Positions 24,301 to 34,288 of a stretch of DNA of 60,000 nucleotides are shown one piece after another (position 1 is the stretch's first letter; every line of letters begins with the position of its first letter). The position numbers and the translations under genes were made by a program. Origin of the DNA: Botryllus schlosseri. Lineage: Eukaryota. The notes under the pieces are model-generated. The model made no database searches, was not told the origin of the DNA, and saw only the letters and a program-made list of their open reading frames with translations. The stretch is taken from the NCBI GenBank assembly GCA_051294905.1, contig CM119378.1, forward strand, positions 1,924,001 to 1,984,000. Reading direction: 5' to 3'.

Positions 24301-26278
24301 GTCTGCCGTCTATTTCGCTGAAACCGATGGAGAGGATACCAAGTTTCTGTCGATTCCTCACGCGTTTTGGTGGGCTGTAGTTACGATGACTACCGTGAGT
24401 ACATTTCTTTCGAATAATCTACCTACATCGATCCAGTGATGGATATTCTACGACTGCACAGTTGACATACCCAAACATAGGTACTGCAACCCCTTGTTGA
24501 TTTGCAATCACATTCACCTTCTCTTCACAATCACATATCATTGATGGCTGAAGCGATGTATGTATGACCCATGCTTGTGAAAGCTTAAAAGCGATTCCTC
24601 ACCCTACCCTTGCTTTTCGCCATATGACCACTTCTTCCAGATTTTCGATTAATCACGGTCAAAGATCGTATAAGCATAGTGTCCTAGAATGGCGCGAACA
24701 CAAGCAAGGCTAACGGTTCACTGCAATTGGGCTACGTCACACTTTCCATTTGGCCAAAGGCAACTTTACGGTCATTTTTGGCCGGCTTGCCTAATGCGAA
24801 AATTGATAAAATTAGTATCAACTGAAAGCTACCGCGGTACCGATTGCGAAAACGTAAATATGATTCTGCCCGTGGCCCTGGAACCCCCTAAAATCAGCTT
24901 CAAATTTTACATTGGAACGGATTTTGGTATTGTGATGCTACCATGCCGTCTGGAAGCAGGTGAGGAGCAGCGGAAGCGTATTGGCCACTGTTGCGCAAGC
25001 GGTTGAGCAATAACATTCTCATTATCGTGCGCACTTGCTCCTGTGTTGCACCATGTTAAACCAGACGACGTCGTTGCGTCACAATACCAAACTCCGTTAC
25101 AACTCAAAATTCGAGGCTGATTTTGGAGGTTTCAAAGCCACGAGCAGAATAAAATTTGTATTTTCGCAGTCGGTACCGTGGTAGCTTTCAATTGATAACC
25201 GTTGTATCAATTTTTGCGCTCGGGAACCCGGTCAAAAATTGCCGTAAAACTGCCTTTAGTCAAATGGAAAGTGTGATGTAACCCAATCGCAGAGAGCCGT
25301 GCGATTTGATTGTGTCCATACCATTATATGACATTATGGTATAATTATAGGCTGCATATGCCATAGTCAACTAACCTACGTATATATTTACAACACTTGA
25401 CTGGACAGTTGAGCAACCATATACTGTAGCAGAAATCGGCATTGCTGCGAACAATCGGAGCGTCGTAATAGGTCATTGATTTTATCTTTGTATCGCGGCT
25501 CTCCGACGGTTCGAAACGATACCAATTTTCGGTTTTAGGGGCAATTTTGGGGTAGTTGCAGGCCATTGCCGGTTATAATTTACATTTTCGTAATTGGTTT
25601 TCGTTCAAGACCACTTTTAATAAATTTTGCGCTCTCGTCGCGAGCTATAACCCCGTCATATCGGTTTACGAAGCTGTATACCTGAAATTACTTGCAAGAT
25701 CTGGTTTCCAACCATACTTTCACGTGTTTCACATCTATCCGTAGGTTAGTTATCTAATATCTATACATTCACGCTGTCCCTGACATTATCCTACGAATTC
25801 ACAGGTCGGCTATGGTGATATGAAGCCTGAAACACCCATCGGCAAAGTGGTCGGATCCCTGTGTGCCATCGCGGGTGTGTTATGCATCGCCTTACCCGTT
25901 CCCGTAATCGTTTCCAACTTTAACTACTTCTATCACCGGGAGTCTGATGGCGAAGAGCAGACGCAGTACAGCCACGTTACCACTTGTCCTTACTTGCCTC
26001 TGTTCGGAAAGAAGAGTAATTTATCGTCAGAGGCTGGAACGCCAACGAAAGTTGGCAGCCGTGCTTCGTTGCAAATGACGGACAGCCCTGCTGTGCTTTT
26101 ATCCTTTACGCACGCTGGGAAAGACCTGAACGCAGTGACACCGATTCGGAATTCTGTAACTACAAGCAAAGAGAATTCGTTCCTTTGTAACAGCTGTCGG
26201 ACTTCTCCAGAATGTACCGGTAGAAACAGAAGATATTCCAACTCACCTAATTTATCGCACGTCGAAACAGATGTTTAA
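9252..26278 (+). CDS. KCNA: Shaker-related voltage-gated potassium channel (Kv1/KCNA family), whole-gene model, 6 coding exons, about 562 aa
   Basis: Exons 9252-9352, 15193-15290, 15807-16003, 22917-23098, 23758-24394 and 25805-26278 join in frame with GT-AG introns (1689 nt). Contains T1 domain, S1-S6, S4 [24 protein letters not shown] filter, PVP hinge and C-terminal ETDV. The first two exons are less certain than the last four. Confidence 0.9.
10985..11668. mobile_element. Older inverted copy of the 42547 MITE, interrupted by a GACTCGA-rich element (about 11138-11560)
   Basis: Right end GCTCATATGTCTACAGACCGT and left part ACAATG..ACGACAGTT.AGCAT match the reverse complement of 42547-42852; CCCTAACC tracts. 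Confidence 0.7.
11840..12411 (-). mobile_element. Buster-type hAT deletion derivative with transposase C-terminal remnant
   Basis: Minus strand encodes [33 protein letters not shown] (hAT dimerisation motif); CGGCCCGCGGGCCG subterminal motif. Confidence 0.8.
12724..13140. mobile_element. hAT (Blackjack-like) MITE, inverted relative of 7116-7443
   Basis: TAGGGCTACCA...TGGTAGCCCTA; TSD TGTAGATT/CGTAGATT; shared internal GAATTTCCTATTTAGCGTCATT. Confidence 0.88.
15193..15290 (+). CDS. KCNA: Kv1 N-terminal exon ([12 protein letters not shown]...LLDHSS)
   Basis: Pyrimidine tract plus ggacag acceptor, CAG|GTTTGT donor; its phase-1 end joins the T1 exon as G-A-E-C-C-E-R. Confidence 0.65.
15807..16003 (+). 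CDS. KCNA: Kv1 exon, T1 tetramerisation domain part 1
   Basis: [29 protein letters not shown]...[17 protein letters not shown]; tttag acceptor, CAG|GTAAGG donor. Confidence 0.97.
20786..22737. mobile_element. hAT MITE (TAGGGATGGTGCGAAC family), outer copy interrupted by a same-family copy
   Basis: 5' TIR at 20786, 3' remainder 22570-22737 with GAACGTGAACC subterminal motifs. Confidence 0.8.
21589..22561. mobile_element. hAT MITE (TAGGGATGG family), inner nested copy
   Basis: TGGGGATGGTGTGAAC...GTTCACACCATCCCTA; perfect TSD GTGGTTAC (21581-21588, 22562-22569). Confidence 0.9.
22917..23098 (+). CDS. KCNA: Kv1 exon, T1 part 2 and T1-S1 linker
   Basis: [26 protein letters not shown]...DEGFIKE.EKPLP....Q..VWLLFE; ttctag acceptor, GA|GTAAGT donor; this frame is not in the ORF track. 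Confidence 0.97.
23758..24394 (+). CDS. KCNA: Kv1 exon, S1-S5 and pore helix
   Basis: YPESS..AR...VSV.VILLSIV.FCLET...[28 protein letters not shown]...[19 protein letters not shown] donor. Confidence 0.98.
24672..25341. mobile_element. Foldback MITE (~670-bp imperfect palindrome) in the Kv1 pore intron
   Basis: CACACTTTCCATTTG/CAAATGGAAAGTGTG and GAAAGCTACCGCGGTACCGA/CGGTACCGTGGTAGCTTTC arms. Confidence 0.8.
25364..25756. mobile_element. MITE with ~35-bp TAG-starting TIRs in the Kv1 pore intron
   Basis: TAGTCAACTAACCTACG / CGTAGGTTAGTTATCTA. Confidence 0.65.
25805..26278 (+). CDS. KCNA: Kv1 last exon: selectivity filter, S6, C-terminus with PDZ ligand ETDV
   Basis: cacag|GTC GGC TAT GGT GAT (VGYGD), [29 protein letters not shown], ends ETDV-stop. 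Confidence 0.98.
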   Translation, partial: VGYGDMKPETPIGKVVGSLCAIAGVLCIALPVPVIVSNFNYFYHRESDGEEQTQYSHVTTCPYLPLFGKKSNLSSEAGTPTKVGSRASLQMTDSPAVLLSFTHAGKDLNAVTPIRNSVTTSKENSFLCNSCRTSPECTGRNRRYSNSPNLSHVETDV

Positions 26279-26695
26279 CTGAGTTTACTCGTTCGCACGC
26301 GTACACATCTAATGTGAGTAAAAGTTTTAAAAAGTGTAATCAATGATAAGTCGACAGAGGCAGGGAGATATTTCGAAATTGAATATGTTACCTCAAGTTT
26401 ACAAATATACACAGTCACTAACGCGAATTGATGATGGTTTGTCTTCACGATTAATGACTCTGGAAGGATTGTTATCATCAAAGCCCGTATAAGATAAGAT
26501 TGGACATAGAAAATATATTTTATTAATATAACTGCTACACGATTGAATACGAAATATATATGATGACTCTTCAACTAAGACCTATTTCTACCCGAATATG
26601 TGTCAGTAGTGGTGTCCGAGAATACACACCAAGTTGACATGGGGTGGGGATATTGGCATTGCGTGCTGTAAGATGTTGCAGTGAATGAACTAACT

Positions 26696-28158
26696 CAGTG
26701 GTTCCCAACCGGGGAGGAATTCCCCCCTTGGGGGGAATTTTGCAATTTTTAGGGAGGAATTCCCATTTAGAATTGTAACGGATTTTCCAAATTGTTCATG
26801 TCCGAACTGTCATGTAGTCAACCAGTTATATCCGAACGTATGCTCCTCATGGCTGTTTTTTGTTTGCTGAAAGTATGTTCAAATGCTATTTGAAATCTCT
26901 TTTTCACATACAAATTCCCCCCTTTTTTCAAACTAGTTCAGATGTGCTGCAGTTTGCAAGACAATTTTGTAGACCAACGACGGCCTCTCAATCAACTATA
27001 TCCTAAGCGAGCAAATGTTGAGCCTAATCTATCATAACAAGGCCTCTAGTGAAAGTATTTACCTTATATTTTCAAGTCAACATTTTCAGACAGTGACAAA
27101 ATATTCCAACGTCATCGATTCAAGTCAAAGAACGGCTACCCGATCGAAAAAAGACATATTAAACTTGGTGCAATGTTGCCGAAACGTAATGGGTGTCCTA
27201 AATTTCAATGAGCTCCAGCAGGGAATCTGATCACGTGTATGTTATATATCAGGGCTGTAACTAAATTTCGAGGCTCCGAGTCACAAGTCAATCTCACTTT
27301 CATAGTTTTGACTCGAGTCAAGTCGTGTCATTTTCAATTCACCATTGAGTCAAGTCTGAGTCCAAGTCACAGAGCAGAGGGTCGAGTCCGAGTCATGGTA
27401 TTATGACTCGAGTCCGAGTCCAAGTCACACCCCAGACAACACTGTTTGGTGATATTGAATGATTTGGATTTATGATATACTAATTCTCCTCACTTTGAGC
27501 AGTTTCTTGTCGCATTGTCAAGTACCAGGATCAATAGACGAAATTCCAATAGGGTGGTCGCTGTACTGTTCTTCGAAATTACAATGAAATGTCGGTCTTG
27601 GCCGTCTTATAGCCTCGAGTCATATGGCTTGGTTCGAGTCATGCTCAATGACTCGAGTCCAAGTCGACTAAATACCCAGGTCAAGTCGAGTCGTTCCCGT
27701 ATTTTGAGAAAATGACTCGAGTCAAGTCGAGTCGTCAGAAAATGGAGAGTCGAGTCAGACTCAAATCTGGTCAACCCTCCTATATACGAAAGTACCAATA
27801 TTATTGGTCAAATGCATACGCAAACTTGAAAAAAAATCGCGAGACCAGCAAATCTATGCATACTGATTTTTCACAACAGTTATATTAGCGATTGGTGCAT
27901 GGTAAGCCGAAAACACAAATGGAAGTGTGGGGTCTGTTGAGTCAAGCGTTCCAAAATTTGTTTGATTGCGAGCTAGACCATTGTTTTTGGAGGTCTACAA
28001 AGTGTTATTACAGCTCTGCTAGAAACAAACACTCGGTACAGCCCGTCTTATTCTCTCAGTCAACAGGTGATTGCTCGGGCAGATTTATCTCAAGGGGGGA
28101 ATTTTGGCTAAAATTTCGGCCAAGGGAGGCACGAGATGAAAAAGGTTGGGAACCACTG
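26696..28158 (+). mobile_element. Non-autonomous hAT (Buster/Charlie-type) element, 1463 bp, copy A
   Basis: TIR CAGTGGTTCCCAACC/GGTTGGGAACCACTG; perfect 8-bp TSD AACTAACT (nnnTAnnn). Confidence 0.95.
27250..27779. mobile_element. GACTCGAGTC-rich hAT MITE nested in copy A (mirrored at about 29289-29818 in copy B)
   Basis: CAGGGCTGTAA...CAACCCT ends, decayed TSD ttatatat/ctatatac; homologous to the free copy at 32995-33551. Confidence 0.8.
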
Positions 28159-28251
28159 AACTAACTGAAAGCATGCTGGAGCATATCGCGATCTCCATAC
28201 ACATTGCATCCACTGCGGACAACGGATAAGTGCTTTTACTTGTGTTACAAA

Positions 28252-28770
28252 TAGGGTTGCATATAAAACAAATGGTTTTTTATAACACTGTCTAAAATAT
28301 GTTTAAAACAGTCTTTTAAACAAAGCCCTTTCAAATTTTTTTTTAATTGTGTAATTATCACATAATTTTGTAAGTACTGTCCAAAAACTTGTTGTATGAG
28401 TCTACGGACGATGATTATCACCCGATATAGCAGACTTATTCGATATGGGATGGTTGGAGCCCTCGAAATAGTCGGTTCAACAGCTCTATATAGTACGTAG
28501 ATATAGATCCTTGTTACGGAATAATGTTCTGATGATGATGACCGCCGACCGTATAAATGCTGCTAGACGATGTAGTCCTGTTTAAAGACATTTATGGTCC
28601 GTATATGACAGGGGTTGGAAGCATATTACGTCAGAGGATCGATATTTCCCCTATATTTTCAATTGTGAATATCAATCCATAATGACGTCACAATGGAATA
28701 TGCGTGACGTCTTGGCTTAGAAAAAATATGTTTTAAATAAGGGCATTTTTTTAAACAGGTTTGTTTTAAA
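28252..28770. mobile_element. TAGGGTTGCA-family MITE in the spacer between the twin hAT elements
   Basis: Colinear homology with 32260-32769. Confidence 0.75.
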
Positions 28771-28789
28771 GTGTTTGTTTGTTTCTGGC

Positions 28790-30500
28790 ATTCATGGTGT
28801 TTGTCGACTACTATGGTCATTTACACCAGGCCGATATTGTTCATTATTTTCCATAACTGCCGACTTATAGTTCGGCCCACCGCTAGGCTTTTTGTAAGAC
28901 CACTTACGCCAGTGGTTCCCAACCTTTTTCATCTCGTGCCTCCCTTGGCCGAAATTTTAGCCAAAATTCCCCCCTTGAGATAAATCTGCCCGAGCAATCA
29001 CCTGTTGACTGAGAGAATAAGACGGGCTGTACCGAGTGTTTGTTTCTAGCAGAGCTGTAATAACACTTTGTAGACCTCCAAAAACAATGGTCTAGCTCGC
29101 AATCAAACAAATTTTGGAACGCTTGACTCAACAGACCCCACACTTCCATTTGTGTTTTCGGCTTACCATGCACCAATCGCTAATATAACTATTGTGAAAA
29201 ATCAGTATGCATAGATTTGCTGGTCTCGCGATTTTTTTTCAAGTTTGCGTATGCATTTGACCAATAATATTGGTACTTTCGTATATAGGAGGGTTGACCA
29301 GATTCGAGTCTGACTCGACTCTCCATTTTCTGACGACTCGACTTGACTCGAGTCATTTTCTCAAAATACGGGAACGACTCGACTTGACCTGGGTATTGAG
29401 TCGACTTGGACTCGAGTCATTGAGCATGACTCGAACCAAGCCATATGACTCGAGGCTATAAGACGGCCAAGACCGACATTTCATTGTAATTTCGAAGAAC
29501 AGTACAGCGACCACCCTATTGGAATTTCGTCTATTGATCCTGGTACTTGACAATGCGACAAGAAACTGCTCAAAGTGAGGAGAATTAGTATATCATAAAT
29601 CCAAATCATTCAATATCACCAAACAGTGTTGTCTGGGGTGTGACTTGGACTCGGACTCGAGTCATAATACCATGACTCGGACTCGACCCTCTGCTCTGTG
29701 ACTTGGACTCAGACTTGACTCAATGGTGAATTGAAAATGACACGACTTGACTCGAGTCAAAACTATGAAAGTGAGATTGACTTGTGACTCGGAGCCTCGA
29801 AATTTAGTTACAGCCCTGATATATAACATACACGTGATCAGATTCCCTGCTGGAGCTCATTGAAATTTAGGACACCCATTACGTTTCGGCAACATTGCAC
29901 CAAGTTTAATATGTCTTTTTTCGATCGGGTAGCCGTTCTTTGACTTGAATCGATGACGTTGGAATATTTTGTCACTGTCTGAAAATGTTGACTTGAAAAT
30001 ATAAGGTAAATACTTTCACTAGAGGCCTTGTTATGATAGATTAGGCTCAACATTTGCTCGCTTAGGATATAGTTGATTGAGAGGCCGTCGTTGGTCTACA
30101 AAATTGTCTTGCAAACTGCAGCACATCTGAACTAGTTTGAAAAAAGGGGGGAATTTGTATGTGAAAAAGAGATTTCAAATAGCATTTGAACATACTTTCA
30201 GCAAACAAAAAACAGCCATGAGGAGCATACGTTCGGATATAACTGGTTGACTACATGACAGTTCGGACATGAACAATTTGGAAAATCCGTTACAATTCTA
30301 AATGGGAATTCCTCCCTAAAAATTGCAAAATTCCCCCCAAGGGGGGAATTCCTCCCCGGTTGGGAACCACTGACTTACGCGGATGTGGTGGCGAGGAGGA
30401 GCCTAGGTAAACCTCCAACACCTAAGTATCGGAATTCTGAAGTCGGACTCGAGCCCGCACCCATTGGTGTTGCAGCCGCGGATTAGACCACTGCGCTATT
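28790..30500 (-). mobile_element. tRNA-derived SINE split by hAT copy B (head 30381-30500, body 28790-28909)
   Basis: Minus-strand A box TAGCGCAGTGG and B box GGCTCGAGTCC; the two halves rejoin across the TSD and align to 38470-38745. Confidence 0.75.
28910..30372 (-). mobile_element. Non-autonomous hAT (Buster/Charlie-type) element, 1463 bp, copy B (inverted)
   Basis: Reverse complement of 26696-28158 with about three substitutions seen; its own perfect TSD ACTTACGC. Confidence 0.95.
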
Positions 30501-32259
30501 TTGAAGACACTGTTAGTACAGCGGGATCAGCAATGAGGAGCCCAGATAATCTCCGACTCATAAAAACTAGCCCGAACCGGGGTTCGAACCAGCCACCAGT
30601 CGCCTCCCGTTTCGTTTCAGAGTGATTTTTGTCTTACACACAACTCTAGTTACGAATCGTGTCGAAAGATGCAGAACTGTAGTTAATGCAGGCTAGAGCC
30701 ATGTTCAGAGATCGGGCAAGATATCTGATACCATATTTGTGTCTCGATCGGTGAATGTACGGGGTACGCCCGACTGCTGAATCGCACAAGTCAACAACAC
30801 CAAAACCAATTGCAGCGGAGCGCTTCCCCATGGTCGCAAAATATATTGAGTACAGCCTTTTTAAACGCTATATCCAGCTGAAAGTATCCTAGGTGAAATG
30901 TAAGGTTTAGCCATGCAAAACATCTGTCTCGCTCCAACGGTCCAAATTGTTTAAGGACGCTGTTCGTCACTTGCAATGTGTGTCCTGCCGTGAGCTGTAC
31001 GAGCTCCAACCTTCGTCTTCGCTGTCCAATGCCGACGAATTTTCTGAAATCTCGAAGCAGAAGGATCCCATTCAATGAATCTTTGATCAGGGCAGAAAAT
31101 TGATAGATACCTCAACCAGTGTTGAACAAGTAACAGCGATGTTCACAAGAGCAGTCAAATCAAGTCCCCTCGATTTGAGTTAATTTCGAGAAATCTATAA
31201 TATTTCCAGTTTCGTTGTGTTTGTACTAAAACGCCACGGTTTATTACAAAAAATTGTTGGAATGCTGCCCATAGGTCATCCAATCGAAATAGTAATATAG
31301 TTCAATGTACGCGTTTTTATTGACTGAAATACTGCATGTGGCCAATACAGACGGCGGAAAATAGCTATGAGAATATTAGCGGGGTAGCTATGTAGCGGAA
31401 AATAATGTTTTTAGCGTGTTGAAGATACCTGTTCCTAAATTTAGTCGAAATTGATAAGAAATGATCAACTTAATTCCCACACAGCCGACTGAACATATTT
31501 ACACATGGTTGTAATGAGTTTGTAACGCCAGTCAAGGCCACTATGGCGGCAATTCAGGGCATGCCGAATCCGCCTGAACGTGATGTCGCTGCTGAGCGTT
31601 GATGGAACTGACAATCTCGAAAGCGGAAATGCAATCTATAATATAAATAATTATTGTTGATCAGGCGACTTTGGCAACTAAAACATTCAAGTCACGTTAT
31701 TGAAATGACTCGAGTCAGGTCAAATCTTTCGTACACCGTGACTCGAGTTCTCCCAACCCAGGCCGCAACCCTACCTAAAAGGCATAACGCTGTGATTCTG
31801 GCACGACAACCGGACACACACTGTGCGCTTGGGGTGGGTTTAATTTGTTTTACCGTAGCATCTCTTCGGTGTCGTTCCCGGTTGCAATTCCTTTGTTTAG
31901 GCTCCACAACGTCACCGTACGGTACGTTTCGATTCGCTGTAATCGGTACTTCCGATTACTTTCTGTGCGTAAGTAACGATATGGTACGAATTTCACACAG
32001 TATATCCAAAATAATTCGACACCTTTACCGAGATTGCTCTAATAACGAAATAGGCGACGGGAACCACACCAAAATATTTACTTTAGCGTGGCCTGCAAAT
32101 TACCCTCATAGTATGAAGCAGTTCAGTCCAGATCAGTTTATTATTAATAAATTTATTCATTCAAAAACACCACAAGATCACGATACCATGGAAAGATAGC
32201 AAGGTCTCGAAACGACGTGGCCCTATATCACGGGTCGATAACTCAAAACGAGTCGCGGG

Positions 32260-32769
32260 TAGGGTTGCATTTAAAGCAGATGGTTGTTTTAAACAAAGAC
32301 CTTTAAAAAGAATGTTTGTTTTTTTAAAGTTGTATGATTATGCCATAATTGTGTGAATACTTCCCCAAAAACATGTTGTATGAGCCTACGAACGATTTAC
32401 ACCCGATATAGCCGTGGTATACGATATGGGGTGGCTGGAACCCTCGAAATAGACGGTTCAACGGCTATAGTACGTAGATATAGATCATTGGTACGGAATA
32501 AATGTTCTGATGATGATGACCACCGACCGTAAAAATGCTGCATGACGATGTAGTTATGGTTAAGAATATTTTTGGTCCGTATATGACAGGGTTTGGAAGC
32601 CTATTCCGCCAAAGGAGCTATATTCACCCAATGTTTTCAAGTGTCAATGTCAATCGACTATGATGTCACAATCCAATATTCGTGACGTAATGACTTAAGA
32701 AAATAACATTTTGAACAAGGTCCTTGTTTCAAACATGTTTGTTTAAATAGATTTTTGTTTTAAATGCAA
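32260..32769. mobile_element. TAGGGTTGCA-family MITE
   Basis: TSD GTCGCGGG on both sides; right TIR has lost its last few bases. Confidence 0.8.
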
Positions 32770-32994
32770 GTCGCGGGCCACTTATCAAGTTTCCTAGAGG
32801 CAGCGGTCCGCATGAACGCAACGTTGAGACACAGTTCAGCAACAACGTTTTCAGACTTTTAAGTCAGTATAACGCTGTGCTGTCTAACAACTATAACATG
32901 GGCGTCGATCATAGATACCAAAAACAAGTATTATTTTATAAATGAACTATGAGCTGCGTACACGCTTGGTATCGACTTAGGGATCGGTATTGGG

Positions 32995-33551
32995 CAGGGT
33001 TGTAACCAAGTCACAAGGCTCCGAGTCACAAGTCAATCTCAGTTTTATAGTTTTGACTCGAGTCATTTTCAATTCACAACCGAGTCAGGTCCGAGTCCAA
33101 GACACCGAGCAGAGGGTCGACTCCGAGCCATGGTATTATGACTCGAGTCGAGTCCAAGTCATTGTGTTGACTGCCCAGTTTCCATTTAAAGGCTTATAAA
33201 TCCACTTTTTATAACTCTGTTTGGTGATATCGAATGGTTCGCATTTATAATATTCTAATTTTCGTCATTTTTAGCAGTTTCTGGACACATTTTCAAGTAC
33301 CAGTACCAATAGACGAAATCCCAATAGTGTGATTACTTTACTATTCCTCGAAATTACAATGAAACGTCGGTCTTGGCCTTCTGAGTCTCGAGTCATATGA
33401 CTTGGTTCGAGTCATGCGCAATGACTCGAGTCCAAGTCGAGTCAATACACAAATTGACTCGAGTCGAGTCGAGTCATTTCCGTATTTTGAGAAAATGACT
33501 CGAGTCAAGTCGATTCATCTGAAAAACGTGACTCGAGTCATTACAACCCTG
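32995..33551. mobile_element. hAT MITE with many GACTCGAGTC palindromes
   Basis: TIR CAGGGTTGTAA/TTACAACCCTG; perfect TSD GTATTGGG. Confidence 0.9.
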
Positions 33552-34262
33552 GTATTGGGTCTAGCGAGAGACTGTACTATCTCCTCGTAAAGCGTGATCT
33601 TGTGGAGGAGCCTAAGCCGGTTTCGAAGCGTCTCGGTAATGCTAGTGTCTGGGCCATTACACGTCAAGGCAATATGTCCAGCCCATTCTCTAGAATTACC
33701 ACATGTCCTCGAATCGGAGTGATCACCCTTTTTCGGTAAATGTTTCAAATCCAGCTGTTTTCAATTTTGGTAAACTAACTTTTAAGATTTGATTAAAGTG
33801 TCCTCCTTTCCCGATTCCAGAATATGGTAACCCCACAGTCCCATTGTCCGATTATCCCTGTATGGAATGCTGTTGTCATCGCCGAAGCCGGTTCAGCTAG
33901 TGAGGAGTAGTGATGATGAGCAGTGAGCACAGGAGAATGGCTTATTTTGGAATAACAACAATAATATTTCAAAACATAAATTCATTTCATGATTTCAAAA
34001 CGCGTTCTTCCGAAATTTCAAATCAGATCGCGCACCGCAAAATACGACCACGCGGGCCACATGCGGCCCGCGTGTTGACTACCCCTATCCTAGATGATGT
34101 AAAGGAGAGGCATACAATTCATCTCGAGATACCCGCTATAGCAGTTTGCGTCTTCCGTAGTGCGAACGCGTGTTGTTGTAGTACTGATGGTGTTTCGACT
34201 ACACTACGTAATTGTACATCAGACAGATATTTTTTATTATGATTCATGACCTGTCGGCTTAC

Positions 34263-34288
34263 AGAGAGAGAGAGAGAGAGAGAGAGAG
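34263..34288. repeat. (AG)13 microsatellite
   Basis: Direct reading. Confidence 0.95.

Noticed and set aside
27280..27770. CRISPR-like array of GACTCGAGTC palindromes
   Set aside because: Irregular spacing, no constant repeat-spacer structure, eukaryotic context; these are MITE subterminal motifs.
27015..30053. Mirrored ORFs (71, 66, 63, 90 aa) on both strands
   Set aside because: They are duplicated only because the element is duplicated; no transposase or other motif is recognisable.
26696..30372. Assembly artefact or single foldback element explaining the large inverted repeat
   Set aside because: Each arm has both TIRs and its own distinct TSD, and the arms differ by a few substitutions.
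30430..30500. Functional tRNA gene
   Set aside because: A/B boxes are present but there is no convincing acceptor stem, and it continues into a SINE body shared with 38470-38745.
31654..32199. 181-aa ORF (and similar 185-aa at 39414 and 129-aa at 16659)
   Set aside because: They overlap repeat fragments or are antisense to real exons, use non-ATG starts or have unprotein-like composition.
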